NCBI GenBank assembly: GCA_016204155.1
Contig: JACQLG010000063.1
Coordinates: 1 to 43,938 of the forward strand
Origin: Candidatus Niyogibacteria bacterium
GTDB taxonomy: Bacteria > Patescibacteriota > Minisyncoccia > 1-14-0-10-42-19
Length of the DNA stretch: 43,938 nt
Direction of reading: 5' to 3'
Both the position numbers and the translations under genes were made by a program. Shown one piece after another: positions 34,942 to 43,938 of this stretch (within the stretch, counting starts at the first letter, position 1; each line of letters starts with the position of its first letter). The notes under the pieces are model-generated. The model was not told where the DNA came from. It saw nothing but the letters and a program-made list of their open reading frames with translations, and did no database searches.

Positions 34942-36265
34942 TCTTGCTCTCCAGCTCCTTTTGCTTTTTCTCTAAAAGCTCTTTTGTGTCCGCCTCGACA
35001 GTAAGGCGCAGTAACGGCTCCGTATTTGACGTACTCACATTAAACCACCAACTTGGATATTCAACAGTTAAGCCATAAAACTCATCTTGTACGCCATCTT
35101 TATATACTTCTTTGAGTCGATCAATAACATACTTGCTGTTTTCTATTTTAAAATTCAATTCGCTAGAATGATAAACGTTATAAGGCGCGACTACTTCACT
35201 GAATTTCTTTTCCTGCTCTGAAAAAAATGATAAAAGATATACAAGCGCAAGCAGTGCTGATTCCGCATAATGAAAATCTTGAAAATAGATATGCCCTGAC
35301 GGCTCTACGCCAAAGACGCCTTTCACCTCTCTCATTTTCTCTTTTACATTTGAATGGCCTACTCGAGAAAAAATAATATCTCCTCCTTTCCCCTCAACCG
35401 CCTCACGAAAGGCTTTTGTCACTCTTTTTGTCATTACGGCGACATCTCCTGGCCGCAACAAGTGATCCGCAAGATATGCCCCCACAACATCGCTTCGTAC
35501 TCGCTTGCCGTTTTCATTCAAAAAAACAATGCGGTCTCCATCGCCATCAATGACAACGCCGAATTCGGAGACGCTCTCAATAACCTTTTTCGATGCGCTA
35601 CGGATTGACTCGTCGTCAAAGGGATTTGGCGAATGATTCGGAAAATCGCCGTCCGGAGCGAAGAAAAGCGGAACAAGCTCTACATTTGTGCCGGCAAATG
35701 CATTGCGCACAATTTCCCCTGCCGAGCCGTTTGATGCATCAACAACGAGCTTAATGGGACGCACGAAATTTTCATACGTACGCAGAAATTCAACATATTT
35801 TGAAAGATAACTGCGTTCTATTTTTTTACCTTGGGATTGTTTACGCGGAATCTCAACAGAAGAAAATTCTTTAATCACTCGGATCCCATGTTCAAAGCCA
35901 ATTGGCACGGCTCCTTCTTTTACCATCTTCATGCCGTTATACTGCTTCGGATTATGGGACGCCGTAATCATAATGCCGCCCGCAGCTTTACTTTCGGCAA
36001 CACTGTAATAAAAAAGCGGAGTGGTTGCCGTCTCAATACCTATAACATCCCTGCCTTGGTCAAGTACGGCTTGCGTGCAAACTTCATATAATTCTGGGGA
36101 CGATTTCCGCGCGTCACGCCCCACCATTACCGGGCCGAACAAATGTTCCGCCTCCAAGAATTTCACGAAGGCCGATGCTATCCTGTATACCGCGTTCATC
36201 TCAATTTCATCGGGATAGATGCCGCGAATGTCATATTCTTTAAAAATGGCGGGGTTGATTTGCAT
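34934..36265 (-). CDS. Phosphomannomutase/phosphoglucomutase
   Basis: IFKEYDIRG, ITASHNP, DGDGDR, RVGHS, SNTEPLLRL. Confidence 0.93.
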   Translation of the reverse strand: MQINPAIFKEYDIRGIYPDEIEMNAVYRIASAFVKFLEAEHLFGPVMVGRDARKSSPELYEVCTQAVLDQGRDVIGIETATTPLFYYSVAESKAAGGIMITASHNPKQYNGMKMVKEGAVPIGFEHGIRVIKEFSSVEIPRKQSQGKKIERSYLSKYVEFLRTYENFVRPIKLVVDASNGSAGEIVRNAFAGTNVELVPLFFAPDGDFPNHSPNPFDDESIRSASKKVIESVSEFGVVIDGDGDRIVFLNENGKRVRSDVVGAYLADHLLRPGDVAVMTKRVTKAFREAVEGKGGDIIFSRVGHSNVKEKMREVKGVFGVEPSGHIYFQDFHYAESALLALVYLLSFFSEQEKKFSEVVAPYNVYHSSELNFKIENSKYVIDRLKEVYKDGVQDEFYGLTVEYPSWWFNVSTSNTEPLLRLTVEADTKELLEKKQKELESKIK

Positions 36266-36292
36266 TATTATTTAGCGTACCATATTTTTCAT

Positions 36293-37327
36293 ATGTTGAA
36301 GATCGGCATTGTAGGGCTTCCGAATGTAGGGAAATCTACATTATTCAAAGCTCTCACGAAAAAACAAGTGGAAATAGCAAATTATCCTTTTGCAACCATT
36401 GACCCCAATGTGGGCGTCGTTGCCGTGCCCGACTCACGACTCCAGCAACTCTCTGCATTTTCAAATTCCAAAAAAACAATCCCTGCCTCTATTGAATTTT
36501 TTGATATTGCCGGGCTTGTAAAAGGCGCGCACCAGGGCGAGGGTCTCGGCAATCAATTTTTAAGCAATATCAAAGAGGTGGATGCAATTGTGGAAGTTGT
36601 GCGCGCATTTAAAGATGAGAACATTTTGCATGTAGGAGGCGCGATCGATCCGAAAGACGACATCGAAACCGTCCATACTGAACTTGTGCTTGCTGATTTG
36701 AAAACCGCGGAGAATGCGCTCGTCAAAGCCGAAAAACTCGCACGCAGCGGCGATAAAAATGCAAAAATCTATCATCAAGCGTTAAAAGAAACGCGGGGGC
36801 TTTTAGAAGCGGGCATTTTTGCGTCACACGCATCAGAAGAAACCCTAGAAAGGACAAAAAGCTTAAATCTTCTCACCGCAAAAACATTCATTCTTCTTTT
36901 AAACATAACGGATGATTCGTATAGGCTTGCGTTCTCGCCTGAAAAATATAATTTCAAAAACGTCGTTATGCTCAACCTAAAACTTGAAGAAGAAATACAG
37001 GACGCAGGAGACACGGAAACTCAGTCGCTCTCAGAAATCAATAATCTCATCAAAGCGGCCTTTGACGCTCTTTGCCTCATTACTTTTTTCACCACAGGTG
37101 AAGACGAAACGCGCGCGTGGACCATTCCCCGCGGTTCTTCTGCCCCTCGGGCGGGACGCGCGATTCATTCTGATTTTGAAGAAAAATTTATCCGCGCAGA
37201 AGTCATTCAATGGAAAACTCTGCTTGATGCCGGCTCATACGCTCGTGCGCGCGAAAAAGGATTACTACGAACCGAAGGAAAGACCTACATCGTACAGGAC
37301 GGCGACGTAGTTGAATTTAAAATCTAA
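36293..37327 (+). CDS. ychF: Redox-regulated ATPase YchF
   Basis: MLKIGIVGLPNVGKST, NYPFATIDPN, DIAGLV.GA..GEGLGNQFL, EGKTYIVQDGDV; start at ATG 36293. Confidence 0.96.
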   Translation: MLKIGIVGLPNVGKSTLFKALTKKQVEIANYPFATIDPNVGVVAVPDSRLQQLSAFSNSKKTIPASIEFFDIAGLVKGAHQGEGLGNQFLSNIKEVDAIVEVVRAFKDENILHVGGAIDPKDDIETVHTELVLADLKTAENALVKAEKLARSGDKNAKIYHQALKETRGLLEAGIFASHASEETLERTKSLNLLTAKTFILLLNITDDSYRLAFSPEKYNFKNVVMLNLKLEEEIQDAGDTETQSLSEINNLIKAAFDALCLITFFTTGEDETRAWTIPRGSSAPRAGRAIHSDFEEKFIRAEVIQWKTLLDAGSYARAREKGLLRTEGKTYIVQDGDVVEFKI

Positions 37328-37469
37328 AAATTTGAATCATTTGAACCCTCATTGATTCTCTGGGGTTATTTTGGGTTCTCTGAAATTCGACAATACTTCT
37401 ACGATCGTAGAAGTTTTGACGAATTTTTTTATTTTTTACATATAAAAATATCGAGTTCTTCAATCAAGC

Positions 37470-37498
37470 TGGACAAACATATTATCTTGTGCTATACT
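37470..37498 (+). promoter_or_regulatory. Sigma70 promoter for the membrane-protein pair
   Basis: TGGACA-17nt-TATACT with TGn extension. Confidence 0.55.
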
Positions 37499-37556
37499 TC
37501 AGAAAACTTGAAAACCCGCCTTCACCTAAGCTCTGGGCGGACAAAAAGGATAAAAA

Positions 37557-38159
37557 ATGAAAGAATATGCCGCATTGATAGTTGCCATGATCTGGCTATC
37601 AGGACATGCATTCTATATATATCAGATTGTAAGAAAAAAAATCTTCCCTACATTATCTACATGGATAATTTTTTCTACTGCAACTGGCCTGGGTCTAGCA
37701 AACTACCTCGTAGCATCAAACAAAGATATAGTCAGTGGCGTATTGATAGCCAGCGATGCGTTTGCTTCTTTCGTGGTCGTTATGATGGTTGCTTTATTTA
37801 CCTACTCCGGCTTAAAGTTTAAACCATTTGAAAAATACTACCTTGTTGGCGCAGGTTTTATTGTTCTATTCTGGATGATAACTGGAAGTGCATTCATCGC
37901 AAACTTACTGACACAAACATTAATCGCAGTAGGATATTTACCAACAATCCAGAATCTCATCCGCGCAGAAAAAAATCCTGAATCGCTCGTTGTATGGAGT
38001 CTCGACATTATAGCTGCATCAATCTCATTATATCCCGCAATCGTAGGAGGTAATCTGTTAGCATCTATCTACTCTGTACGTGCTGTTATTATGTTATCTT
38101 TCGTTGTGTTATTAATGATCCGACTTTCAATAAAAAACAAAGGGAGGAATAAAAAATGA
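37557..38159 (+). CDS. Multi-pass membrane protein (PQ-loop/SemiSWEET-like duplicated architecture)
   Basis: About 7 hydrophobic helices; repeated YIYQIV...P.LSTW / LPTIQNL...ESL..W pattern. Confidence 0.6.
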   Translation: MKEYAALIVAMIWLSGHAFYIYQIVRKKIFPTLSTWIIFSTATGLGLANYLVASNKDIVSGVLIASDAFASFVVVMMVALFTYSGLKFKPFEKYYLVGAGFIVLFWMITGSAFIANLLTQTLIAVGYLPTIQNLIRAEKNPESLVVWSLDIIAASISLYPAIVGGNLLASIYSVRAVIMLSFVVLLMIRLSIKNKGRNKK

Positions 38160-38632
38160 GTAATTGGTTGATTTTCGTTATGCTTGCTATTATTTTTTGG
38201 GGACTAGGAAGTGTTGCGGGAAAATTTATAGGAACCAAAAGTACATCAAACCTTCAGCTCGCATTACATGGTTACTTTGGAGAAGCAATTGGCACAATAG
38301 TAATGGCTGCGCTAATAGTTTTTGTGGTTCTAGTAGTTTTAACGCTTGTAGCTTCTTCTAAAAATCAATCTTTTTCTTTTCTCACATTCGATTATAATGT
38401 TATATATTATAGTCTCGCGATGGGAGCATTGTGGAGTATCGGGACTTTCTTTTTTTTGCTTGCGTTGCGGCAGCAAAAATCTGTAGTAGTCGTTCCTTTT
38501 ACATCACTATATCCTGTAGTACATGTGCTCTTCGCAATATTGATACTCGGAGAAAAATTAACAGTCAAGGAATGGATGGGCTTACTTTGCGCCGTCGCAA
38601 CCGTCTATCTCTTTACAAGTACAAATAAATAA
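38156..38632 (+). CDS. EamA/DMT-family transporter (single repeat)
   Basis: AIIFWG...K, ALR...SVVVPFTSLYP...ILGEKLT...GL. Confidence 0.8.
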   Translation: MSNWLIFVMLAIIFWGLGSVAGKFIGTKSTSNLQLALHGYFGEAIGTIVMAALIVFVVLVVLTLVASSKNQSFSFLTFDYNVIYYSLAMGALWSIGTFFFLLALRQQKSVVVVPFTSLYPVVHVLFAILILGEKLTVKEWMGLLCAVATVYLFTSTNK

Positions 38633-38645
38633 TGCATTAAAATAT

Positions 38646-38670
38646 ATGCCCGGCTTCGCGCTGGGCATTT
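38646..38670 (+). terminator. Probable terminator hairpin
   Basis: ATGCCCGGC-TTCGC-GCTGGGCAT-TT. Confidence 0.5.
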
Positions 38671-38724
38671 ATAATACCGCTTGGGAATCTTGCATTTTTT
38701 TATTGTTTCTAGTACCCTATTTAT

Positions 38725-38874
38725 ATGCCCCGTATGGCAAAATCGAATGTTTTATCGACTCATCGTACGGGGTAAAACAAAGTATTATTAGTTAAAGTAT
38801 ATCTAAGGATAATAATCGAAATATCGTCTGCGATAAAACAAGTACGATGGTTCGATTTTGCCTAACGGGGTATG
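38725..38874 (+). promoter_or_regulatory. Structured 5' leader of rpsF-ssb-rpsR (candidate ribosomal-protein autoregulatory RNA)
   Basis: 38728-38747 is complementary to 38851-38870 (18/20), extending over the AUG; further pairings 38748-57/38831-40 and 38761-68/38842-49. Confidence 0.5.
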
Positions 38875-39327
38875 GCTGAAGCCGTTATAACAACTAAAAA
38901 GGCGGCGGAAACAAACGCCCATGGCTTGGAACACAAGCTGTACGAATTCGCCTATATTCTTTCGGGCATTCTGGACGAAGAAAAGGCGCGTAAAGCGGCG
39001 AACGATCTCCACGCCTTCATTGAGAAAAAACACAACATGGTCGTTGAAGATACTCCGCCAAAACTTCGCAAACTTGCCTATGACATAAACGGGCAGGCAG
39101 AAGGATACTTTGGATGGATAAAATTTCTTGGGCAGCCGTCAGATATTATAGAAATTGAAAAACAGGCAAAAAAGACTGGCGGCGTCCTTCGTTTTCTCAT
39201 CGTACAAGGATACCATGAAGAGGTCGCGGAACGGCGCACGAAAGTCCGCAAGAAAATTATAACAGAAGAAGAAAAAGGGAGGATCGAAGAAATTGATAAA
39301 AAACTGGAAGAAATATTAGGCGAATAA
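38872..39327 (+). CDS. rpsF: 30S ribosomal protein S6
   Basis: YEFAYIL, RKLAYDI, EGYFG, VLRFLIV; conserved rpsF-ssb-rpsR order. Confidence 0.9.
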   Translation: MAEAVITTKKAAETNAHGLEHKLYEFAYILSGILDEEKARKAANDLHAFIEKKHNMVVEDTPPKLRKLAYDINGQAEGYFGWIKFLGQPSDIIEIEKQAKKTGGVLRFLIVQGYHEEVAERRTKVRKKIITEEEKGRIEEIDKKLEEILGE

Positions 39328-39352
39328 CTCATTACTCTTAACTCATAACTCA
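39325..39352. repeat. Heptamer tandem repeat TAACTCA x4 (degenerate)
   Basis: TAACTCA TTACTCT TAACTCA TAACTCA fills the rpsF-ssb spacer. Confidence 0.75.
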
Positions 39353-39356
39353 TTTT

Positions 39357-39803
39357 ATGAATCTGAATAAAGCATTCATTATAGGAAATCTTACGCGCGA
39401 CCCTGAAATCCGAACGCTTCCTTCCGGGATGTCCGTCGCTTCTTTCGGCATGGCGACGAACAGTTTTTTCACAAAAGACGGACAGCGTCAGCAGCAAGCG
39501 GAATTTCACAACATCGTACTTTTCGGACGATTAGCCGAGATTGCCCAGCAGTATTTAAATAAAGGAAGTCTGGCAATGATTGAAGGCCGAATCCAAACCA
39601 GATCATGGCAGGGACAGGACGGCCAAAAAAAATGGCGCACAGAAATTGTGGGGGAACGGATGCAATTAGGACCGAAAGGCGCGGGTGGAAGCGCAGGCAA
39701 CACCGCGCAATCCGATACGCCTCCTCCGGCAAAAGAAAACATCGAAACAATAGAATATGACGGCGGAGGAGACGATATGAACCCTGAAGATATACCGTTT
39801 TAA
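39357..39803 (+). CDS. ssb: Single-stranded DNA-binding protein
   Basis: MNLNKAFIIGNLTRDPE, IEGRIQTRSW, C-terminal DIPF. Confidence 0.97.
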   Translation: MNLNKAFIIGNLTRDPEIRTLPSGMSVASFGMATNSFFTKDGQRQQQAEFHNIVLFGRLAEIAQQYLNKGSLAMIEGRIQTRSWQGQDGQKKWRTEIVGERMQLGPKGAGGSAGNTAQSDTPPPAKENIETIEYDGGGDDMNPEDIPF

Positions 39804-39812
39804 TTTCAAGGC

Positions 39813-40022
39813 ATGAACGATCAAAAACAGTGCTATTTTTGCACATCAAATATCAAAATAGTGAATTATAAAGACCCTGAAATGCTCAAGAAGTTCTTAG
39901 GAGCGCAGGCGAAGATCCTTCCGCGAAAGCAGACCGACCTCTGCGCAAAACATCAGCGGAGTCTTGCGCAAGCAATCAAACGCGCCCGCTTTTTAGCGCT
40001 TCTCCCGTATATTGCTCAATAA
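39813..40022 (+). CDS. rpsR: 30S ribosomal protein S18
   Basis: CYFC, YKD...L.KF, KILPR, C.KHQR..AIKRAR.LALLPY. Confidence 0.95.
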   Translation: MNDQKQCYFCTSNIKIVNYKDPEMLKKFLGAQAKILPRKQTDLCAKHQRSLAQAIKRARFLALLPYIAQ

Positions 40023-40063
40023 AACACAAAAATCCCGACTAATCGGGATTTTTGTGTTTTATT
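40018..40063. terminator. Bidirectional terminator (perfect 21-bp inverted repeat)
   Basis: AATAAAACACAAAAATCCCGA-CTAA-TCGGGATTTTTGTGTTTTATT between rpsR and recA. Confidence 0.8.
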
Positions 40064-40111
40064 CTTAATGAGATCTATCTTTCATAAAAACATCTCAGCT
40101 AACAAGAACTT

Positions 40112-41101
40112 TTAAATAGTCTTCAACTTCTTCTCAATTTCGCTCATTATTTTTTTATTGTCTTTAAGGAAATTTTTTGCGTTATCAAAACCAACGCCGA
40201 GTTTTGTGGCATCAAAACTGTATGACGCTCCTGATTTTTTTACGATTCCGTGTTTTTCCGCAAAATTTAAGAGATCTGCCTCAAATGAAATTCCTTCATT
40301 ATACATAATATCAAATTCCGCGGTTCTGAAAGGCGGAGCAACTTTATTTTTTACCACTTTTGCTTTTACGCGATTCCCTATCACTTCCTCTCCCTTTTTA
40401 ATCTGCGCGGCCCGCCTCACTTCCACTCGTACTGATGAATAAAATTTAAGAGCTTTACCGCCGGGCGTTATCTCGGGATTCCCAAAAAATACTCCTATCT
40501 GCATCCGAATTTGATTAATAAAAATAAGCAGTGTTTTCGTACGCGACGTCAAGGCAGAAAGCTTGCGCAACCCATGCGACATTAAACGCGCCTGCAACCC
40601 TACATGCTGTTGACCCATCTCTCCCTCAATTTCCGCCCTCGGTGTAAGAGCCGCCACCGAATCAATAATCACAACGTCTACGCTTCCTGACCGAATCAAG
40701 CTTTCTACAATATCCAGCGCCTGCTCGCCCGTATCAGGCTGGGAAATGAGCAAATCATCAACTTTCACTCCTATTTTTTTTGCATATTCAGGATCAAGCG
40801 CATGCTCCGCATCAACAAAGGCAACGAGGCCCCCTTTTCGTTGGGCTTCCGACGCAATATGAAGCGCTAATGTCGTCTTACCGGATGATTCAGGACCATA
40901 AATTTCAATAATGCGCCCTCGCGGCATGCCGCCGACACCAAGCGCGCGATCAAGCGAAAAAGAACCCGTCGGGATGACGTCAACGTCAACTTTTGGTGCT
41001 TGCCCCAACTTCATAATTGACCCTTCGCCGTATTTATTCTGGATATCCTTTATCGTATCTTCTAAATCAATTTTCTTTTTGTCTTGTTTTTCTTTAGACA
41101 T
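40112..41101 (-). CDS. recA: Recombinase RecA
   Basis: [45 protein letters not shown]. Confidence 0.98.
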   Translation of the reverse strand: MSKEKQDKKKIDLEDTIKDIQNKYGEGSIMKLGQAPKVDVDVIPTGSFSLDRALGVGGMPRGRIIEIYGPESSGKTTLALHIASEAQRKGGLVAFVDAEHALDPEYAKKIGVKVDDLLISQPDTGEQALDIVESLIRSGSVDVVIIDSVAALTPRAEIEGEMGQQHVGLQARLMSHGLRKLSALTSRTKTLLIFINQIRMQIGVFFGNPEITPGGKALKFYSSVRVEVRRAAQIKKGEEVIGNRVKAKVVKNKVAPPFRTAEFDIMYNEGISFEADLLNFAEKHGIVKKSGASYSFDATKLGVGFDNAKNFLKDNKKIMSEIEKKLKTI

Positions 41102-41118
41102 GCTATGTGTTGAAAATT

Positions 41119-41460
41119 TTATTGGCCGGTAATATATATCATGCGTTCTTCCTCATACGTCCTGCCGAATCTCCCTTTTCCAATTATCCTAATTATATTC
41201 AAACCGTACGGCAAAATCAACTCTTCTTCAAATAAACCATTATCATCCGTAAAAATAGTCCGGCCGTCAAGAGACAGAAACGAAATATCTTCTGTTTTCC
41301 CCGATACGCTCACATGGCTCGTATAAAAATGCGCGCCCTGTTCAGGACTGAAAATCTCAAGATGAGAACCGAAAATAAATCCTTGCAGCTGGAACGCAAG
41401 ATAACCGACGAAAAGGGCAAGGATTGCTCCTAGGAGGATGTTTCGAGCAAGAGAAGACAT
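41119..41460 (-). CDS. Small membrane-anchored Ig-like domain protein
   Basis: N-terminal TM, then beta-rich VSGKT...L.LDG...G.F.EEL.L..G.N.I.I pattern. Confidence 0.7.
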   Translation of the reverse strand: MSSLARNILLGAILALFVGYLAFQLQGFIFGSHLEIFSPEQGAHFYTSHVSVSGKTEDISFLSLDGRTIFTDDNGLFEEELILPYGLNIIRIIGKGRFGRTYEEERMIYITGQ

Positions 41461-41463
41461 ATC

Positions 41464-43779
41464 CTATTGCATTGTCCTGAAGAAATCATCTTTTGGCTCA
41501 TCATCTGCTTGAGGACGGGGTGGACGGGGAGAATGAATTTTTTCTTCTGTTTCCGTATCAGGCGGCTCCGGAAATTCATGCGAATTATCGCCTCCTACAT
41601 ATACATCGCGGGGCTTTGCCCCTTCTCCCGGACCAATTACTCCTTTTTCCTCCAGAATATCCAAAAGGCGTGCCGCGCGCGCATATCCGATACGAAGCCT
41701 TCGCTGTAAATACGATGCTGACGCTTTTTGCGCCTGGATCACTACTTTATACGCATCACCATATAACTCATCCTCGTGCTGGTCTTCAGGAACATCATCA
41801 AAAATTGACTTTTTACCCTTCACTGTTTCCTCTTCCATCTGTAAAGGTAACGCATCATAGTCGGCATAATGCTCTTCAATATATTCGGCAACTCTACGCA
41901 CTTCTTTCTCATTCACAAAACTCCCTTGGATCCGCTTCGGCTTTGCGGTATCTCCCGACAAAAACAGCATATCTCCGTTCCCTAAAAGCTTTTCCGCTCC
42001 CGACATGTCAAGAATTGTGCGTGAATCAACCTGTGAGGCAACTTGAAAAGCGATGCGCGTTGTAATATTTGCCTTAATAAGGCCCGTGATAACTTCTACA
42101 GACGGACGCTGGGTTGAAACAATCAAATGTATCCCTACAGCCCGCGACATTTGGGCAAGGCGCACGATGGAGGACTCAAGCTCCCGTGGATAAGCCGCTA
42201 TAATATCCGCCAATTCATCTATAATAATAACAATAAACGGCATTGGATGTTCCTCTGCATATGCTGTCCGCTGGTAGGAAGCAATGTCGCGCGCGCGCGC
42301 TGCCGATAATAATTCATACCGTCGTTCCATTTCCGACGCCGCCCATTTAAGCGCAATAATAGTTTTTTTCGCATCAGTAATAACAGGCGCAAGCAAATGA
42401 GGAATGCCCGCGTAGGCTGAAAGTTCAACCCTCTTCGGATCCACCAGCAAAAAACGGAGAATATCCGGCCCATTTTTATATAAAAGACTCATCATAATGC
42501 CGTGTATCGCAACCGACTTTCCCGAACCTGTGGAACCAGCGATCAGCATATGCGGCATTTTTTCAAGTGCCGTAAATATCGCCTTTCCCGATACATCGCG
42601 CCCCAAAGCGACAGAAAGAGCATATGGGCTTTCCGCGAAAACAGGATCTGCGACCAAATTCCGGATACCGACAAGAGCAACAGCGCGATTGGGTATCTCA
42701 ATCCCTACAAGAGACCTTCCCGGTATGGGCGCTTCAATCCGTATAGGGTGCGCCGCAAGAGCTAACGCAAGATCGCTATGAAGCGCGGTAATGCGCGACA
42801 GCTTTACGCCTTCTGCGGGACGGAGGGTATATTGCGTCACTGACGGCCCGACATTCACTTCCGCCATCTCAACATCAACGCCGAAATTCTTAAATGTGCG
42901 CTTAATAATATTCGCGTTTGCTTTAATATCGCCTGATGCCGGCTTCCCCTTATCATCTTCCAGAAGATCAAGCGGCGGACGCACAAACCCTTTTTTCTTC
43001 CCGCGCCGAAGAGCGCGAATTGCACGCGCAAACCCGTTATTATCTTCTCTCTCTTTATCCGCTGATTCTTGGTCATCTGACAACTGGCTATCAGACGGTT
43101 CTTCCTTCGGCTCATTTTCTTCATCCCCGTTCACTGTTATATCTTCTATATCTTCCGGCCGTTTTTTTCTTTTCAAAAACGAAAGGATGTTTTTGAGACG
43201 AAACAGTCCTCCTTTTTCTATGCCGGATGCATCTTTGCCATCTTCCTCTGCACTGTCTTCCCCATCCGCTTCCTCGCGCACGCGCATAAGGGATATATTA
43301 AGCATAAGCAGGAATGAAACGACGAAAAGCGCCGCCATAATAACCAGCGCAACCCAAAAATCAAAAAGTTTGAGGACAGGGGCCGCAACCGCATATCCCG
43401 CGTACCCCGCGGTTTTTTCGCCAAATAAAATATCAACGCCGCCCAAAACACTTACCAAGAACAAAAATCCGCCCAAAAGAGTCGGGGCAAAAAACGAGGG
43501 ACGGAAATAATAAAAAAGAGAAACACCGATGATGAAGAAAAAAATAGGAACAATCCAGTCGGCACGCCCAAATATAATATCGAGCGCATGCGCGAAAAAT
43601 TGGCCCGCGGCTCCCGCACGCCCCAGAATGGAAAGAAGAAATATCAGGGAAAATGCGAACGAAATTACAACGGCGATGGATTGCTTTGTCTCATTGCTAA
43701 TATCAGAAAACCAGGAATATTGCTCTTTGACGTCCTCCCGAGGACGCCTTTCCGGTTTCTTTCTTTGCTTTTTAACCAT
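41464..43779 (-). CDS. ftsK: DNA translocase FtsK/SpoIIIE
   Basis: 4TM N-terminus, RIEAPIPG, AGSTGSGKS, DELAD, TQRPSV, GAEKLLG.GDML, gamma domain LQRRLRIGYARAARL; start at ATG 43779. Confidence 0.97.
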   Translation of the reverse strand: MVKKQRKKPERRPREDVKEQYSWFSDISNETKQSIAVVISFAFSLIFLLSILGRAGAAGQFFAHALDIIFGRADWIVPIFFFIIGVSLFYYFRPSFFAPTLLGGFLFLVSVLGGVDILFGEKTAGYAGYAVAAPVLKLFDFWVALVIMAALFVVSFLLMLNISLMRVREEADGEDSAEEDGKDASGIEKGGLFRLKNILSFLKRKKRPEDIEDITVNGDEENEPKEEPSDSQLSDDQESADKEREDNNGFARAIRALRRGKKKGFVRPPLDLLEDDKGKPASGDIKANANIIKRTFKNFGVDVEMAEVNVGPSVTQYTLRPAEGVKLSRITALHSDLALALAAHPIRIEAPIPGRSLVGIEIPNRAVALVGIRNLVADPVFAESPYALSVALGRDVSGKAIFTALEKMPHMLIAGSTGSGKSVAIHGIMMSLLYKNGPDILRFLLVDPKRVELSAYAGIPHLLAPVITDAKKTIIALKWAASEMERRYELLSAARARDIASYQRTAYAEEHPMPFIVIIIDELADIIAAYPRELESSIVRLAQMSRAVGIHLIVSTQRPSVEVITGLIKANITTRIAFQVASQVDSRTILDMSGAEKLLGNGDMLFLSGDTAKPKRIQGSFVNEKEVRRVAEYIEEHYADYDALPLQMEEETVKGKKSIFDDVPEDQHEDELYGDAYKVVIQAQKASASYLQRRLRIGYARAARLLDILEEKGVIGPGEGAKPRDVYVGGDNSHEFPEPPDTETEEKIHSPRPPRPQADDEPKDDFFRTMQ

Positions 43780-43938
43780 TATGCTCCTATTATAGGCGCT
43801 CCCGCCCAAAATAAAAAGGGGACTTATGTCTCCCTTTTAATCTTCAATCCTCATAAATCTCATACGCTTCTTCAAGCCCTGACGTAAAAACATGAAATAA
43901 GAACTCTCTCGTATCTTCCGAACTTCTCATCTTTATAT

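Noticed and set aside
37352..37822. 156-aa ORF overlapping the membrane protein gene
   Set aside because: It spans the promoter region, overlaps a better ORF out of frame and has no recognisable features.
31093..43510. Long shadow ORFs (e.g. 31093-31803, 41493-42065, 42791-43510)
   Set aside because: They are antisense to well-supported conserved genes and lack motifs or start signals.

Overview
Bacterial chromosome segment with a gene set typical of Patescibacteria/CPR (Parcubacteria-like); the taxon is an inference from gene content and style. The housekeeping backbone is ftsH, parB, rel/spoT, topA, dprA, murC, secG, an oppA-like gene, rnj, trpS, a phosphohexomutase, ychF, rpsF-ssb-rpsR, recA and ftsK, plus three tRNAs (Ile-UAU, Leu-CAA, Leu-CAG). 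Accessory genes are interspersed. The most notable feature is a compact candidate ubiquitin-like conjugation operon at 6241-9978. It encodes a ~664-aa coiled-coil protein with one intact (HP...CFG) and one degenerate E2-like module, a JAB/MPN+ peptidase, a minimal ThiF/E1, and a beta-grasp Ubl whose diglycine is masked by a 6-aa tail (IVGG|PNIVLS). Immediately upstream lie a Cdc48/Ycf46-type AAA+ ATPase and a divergent pair of stand-alone ClpB-D2-type ATPases, one intact and one catalytically degenerate. Other points of interest: tRNA-Ile(UAU) abutting the ftsH stop codon; a DHH/MYG1-like + 2H-phosphoesterase fusion with a degenerate paralog and a PD-(D/E)xK gene between them; a sirtuin lacking its Zn domain; a Y1/RAYT transposase with three copies of its palindrome (one in-frame inside the ORF, one supplying its -35 box); and a structured leader that could sequester the rpsF start codon. 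All calls come from motif reading; no database searches were run.
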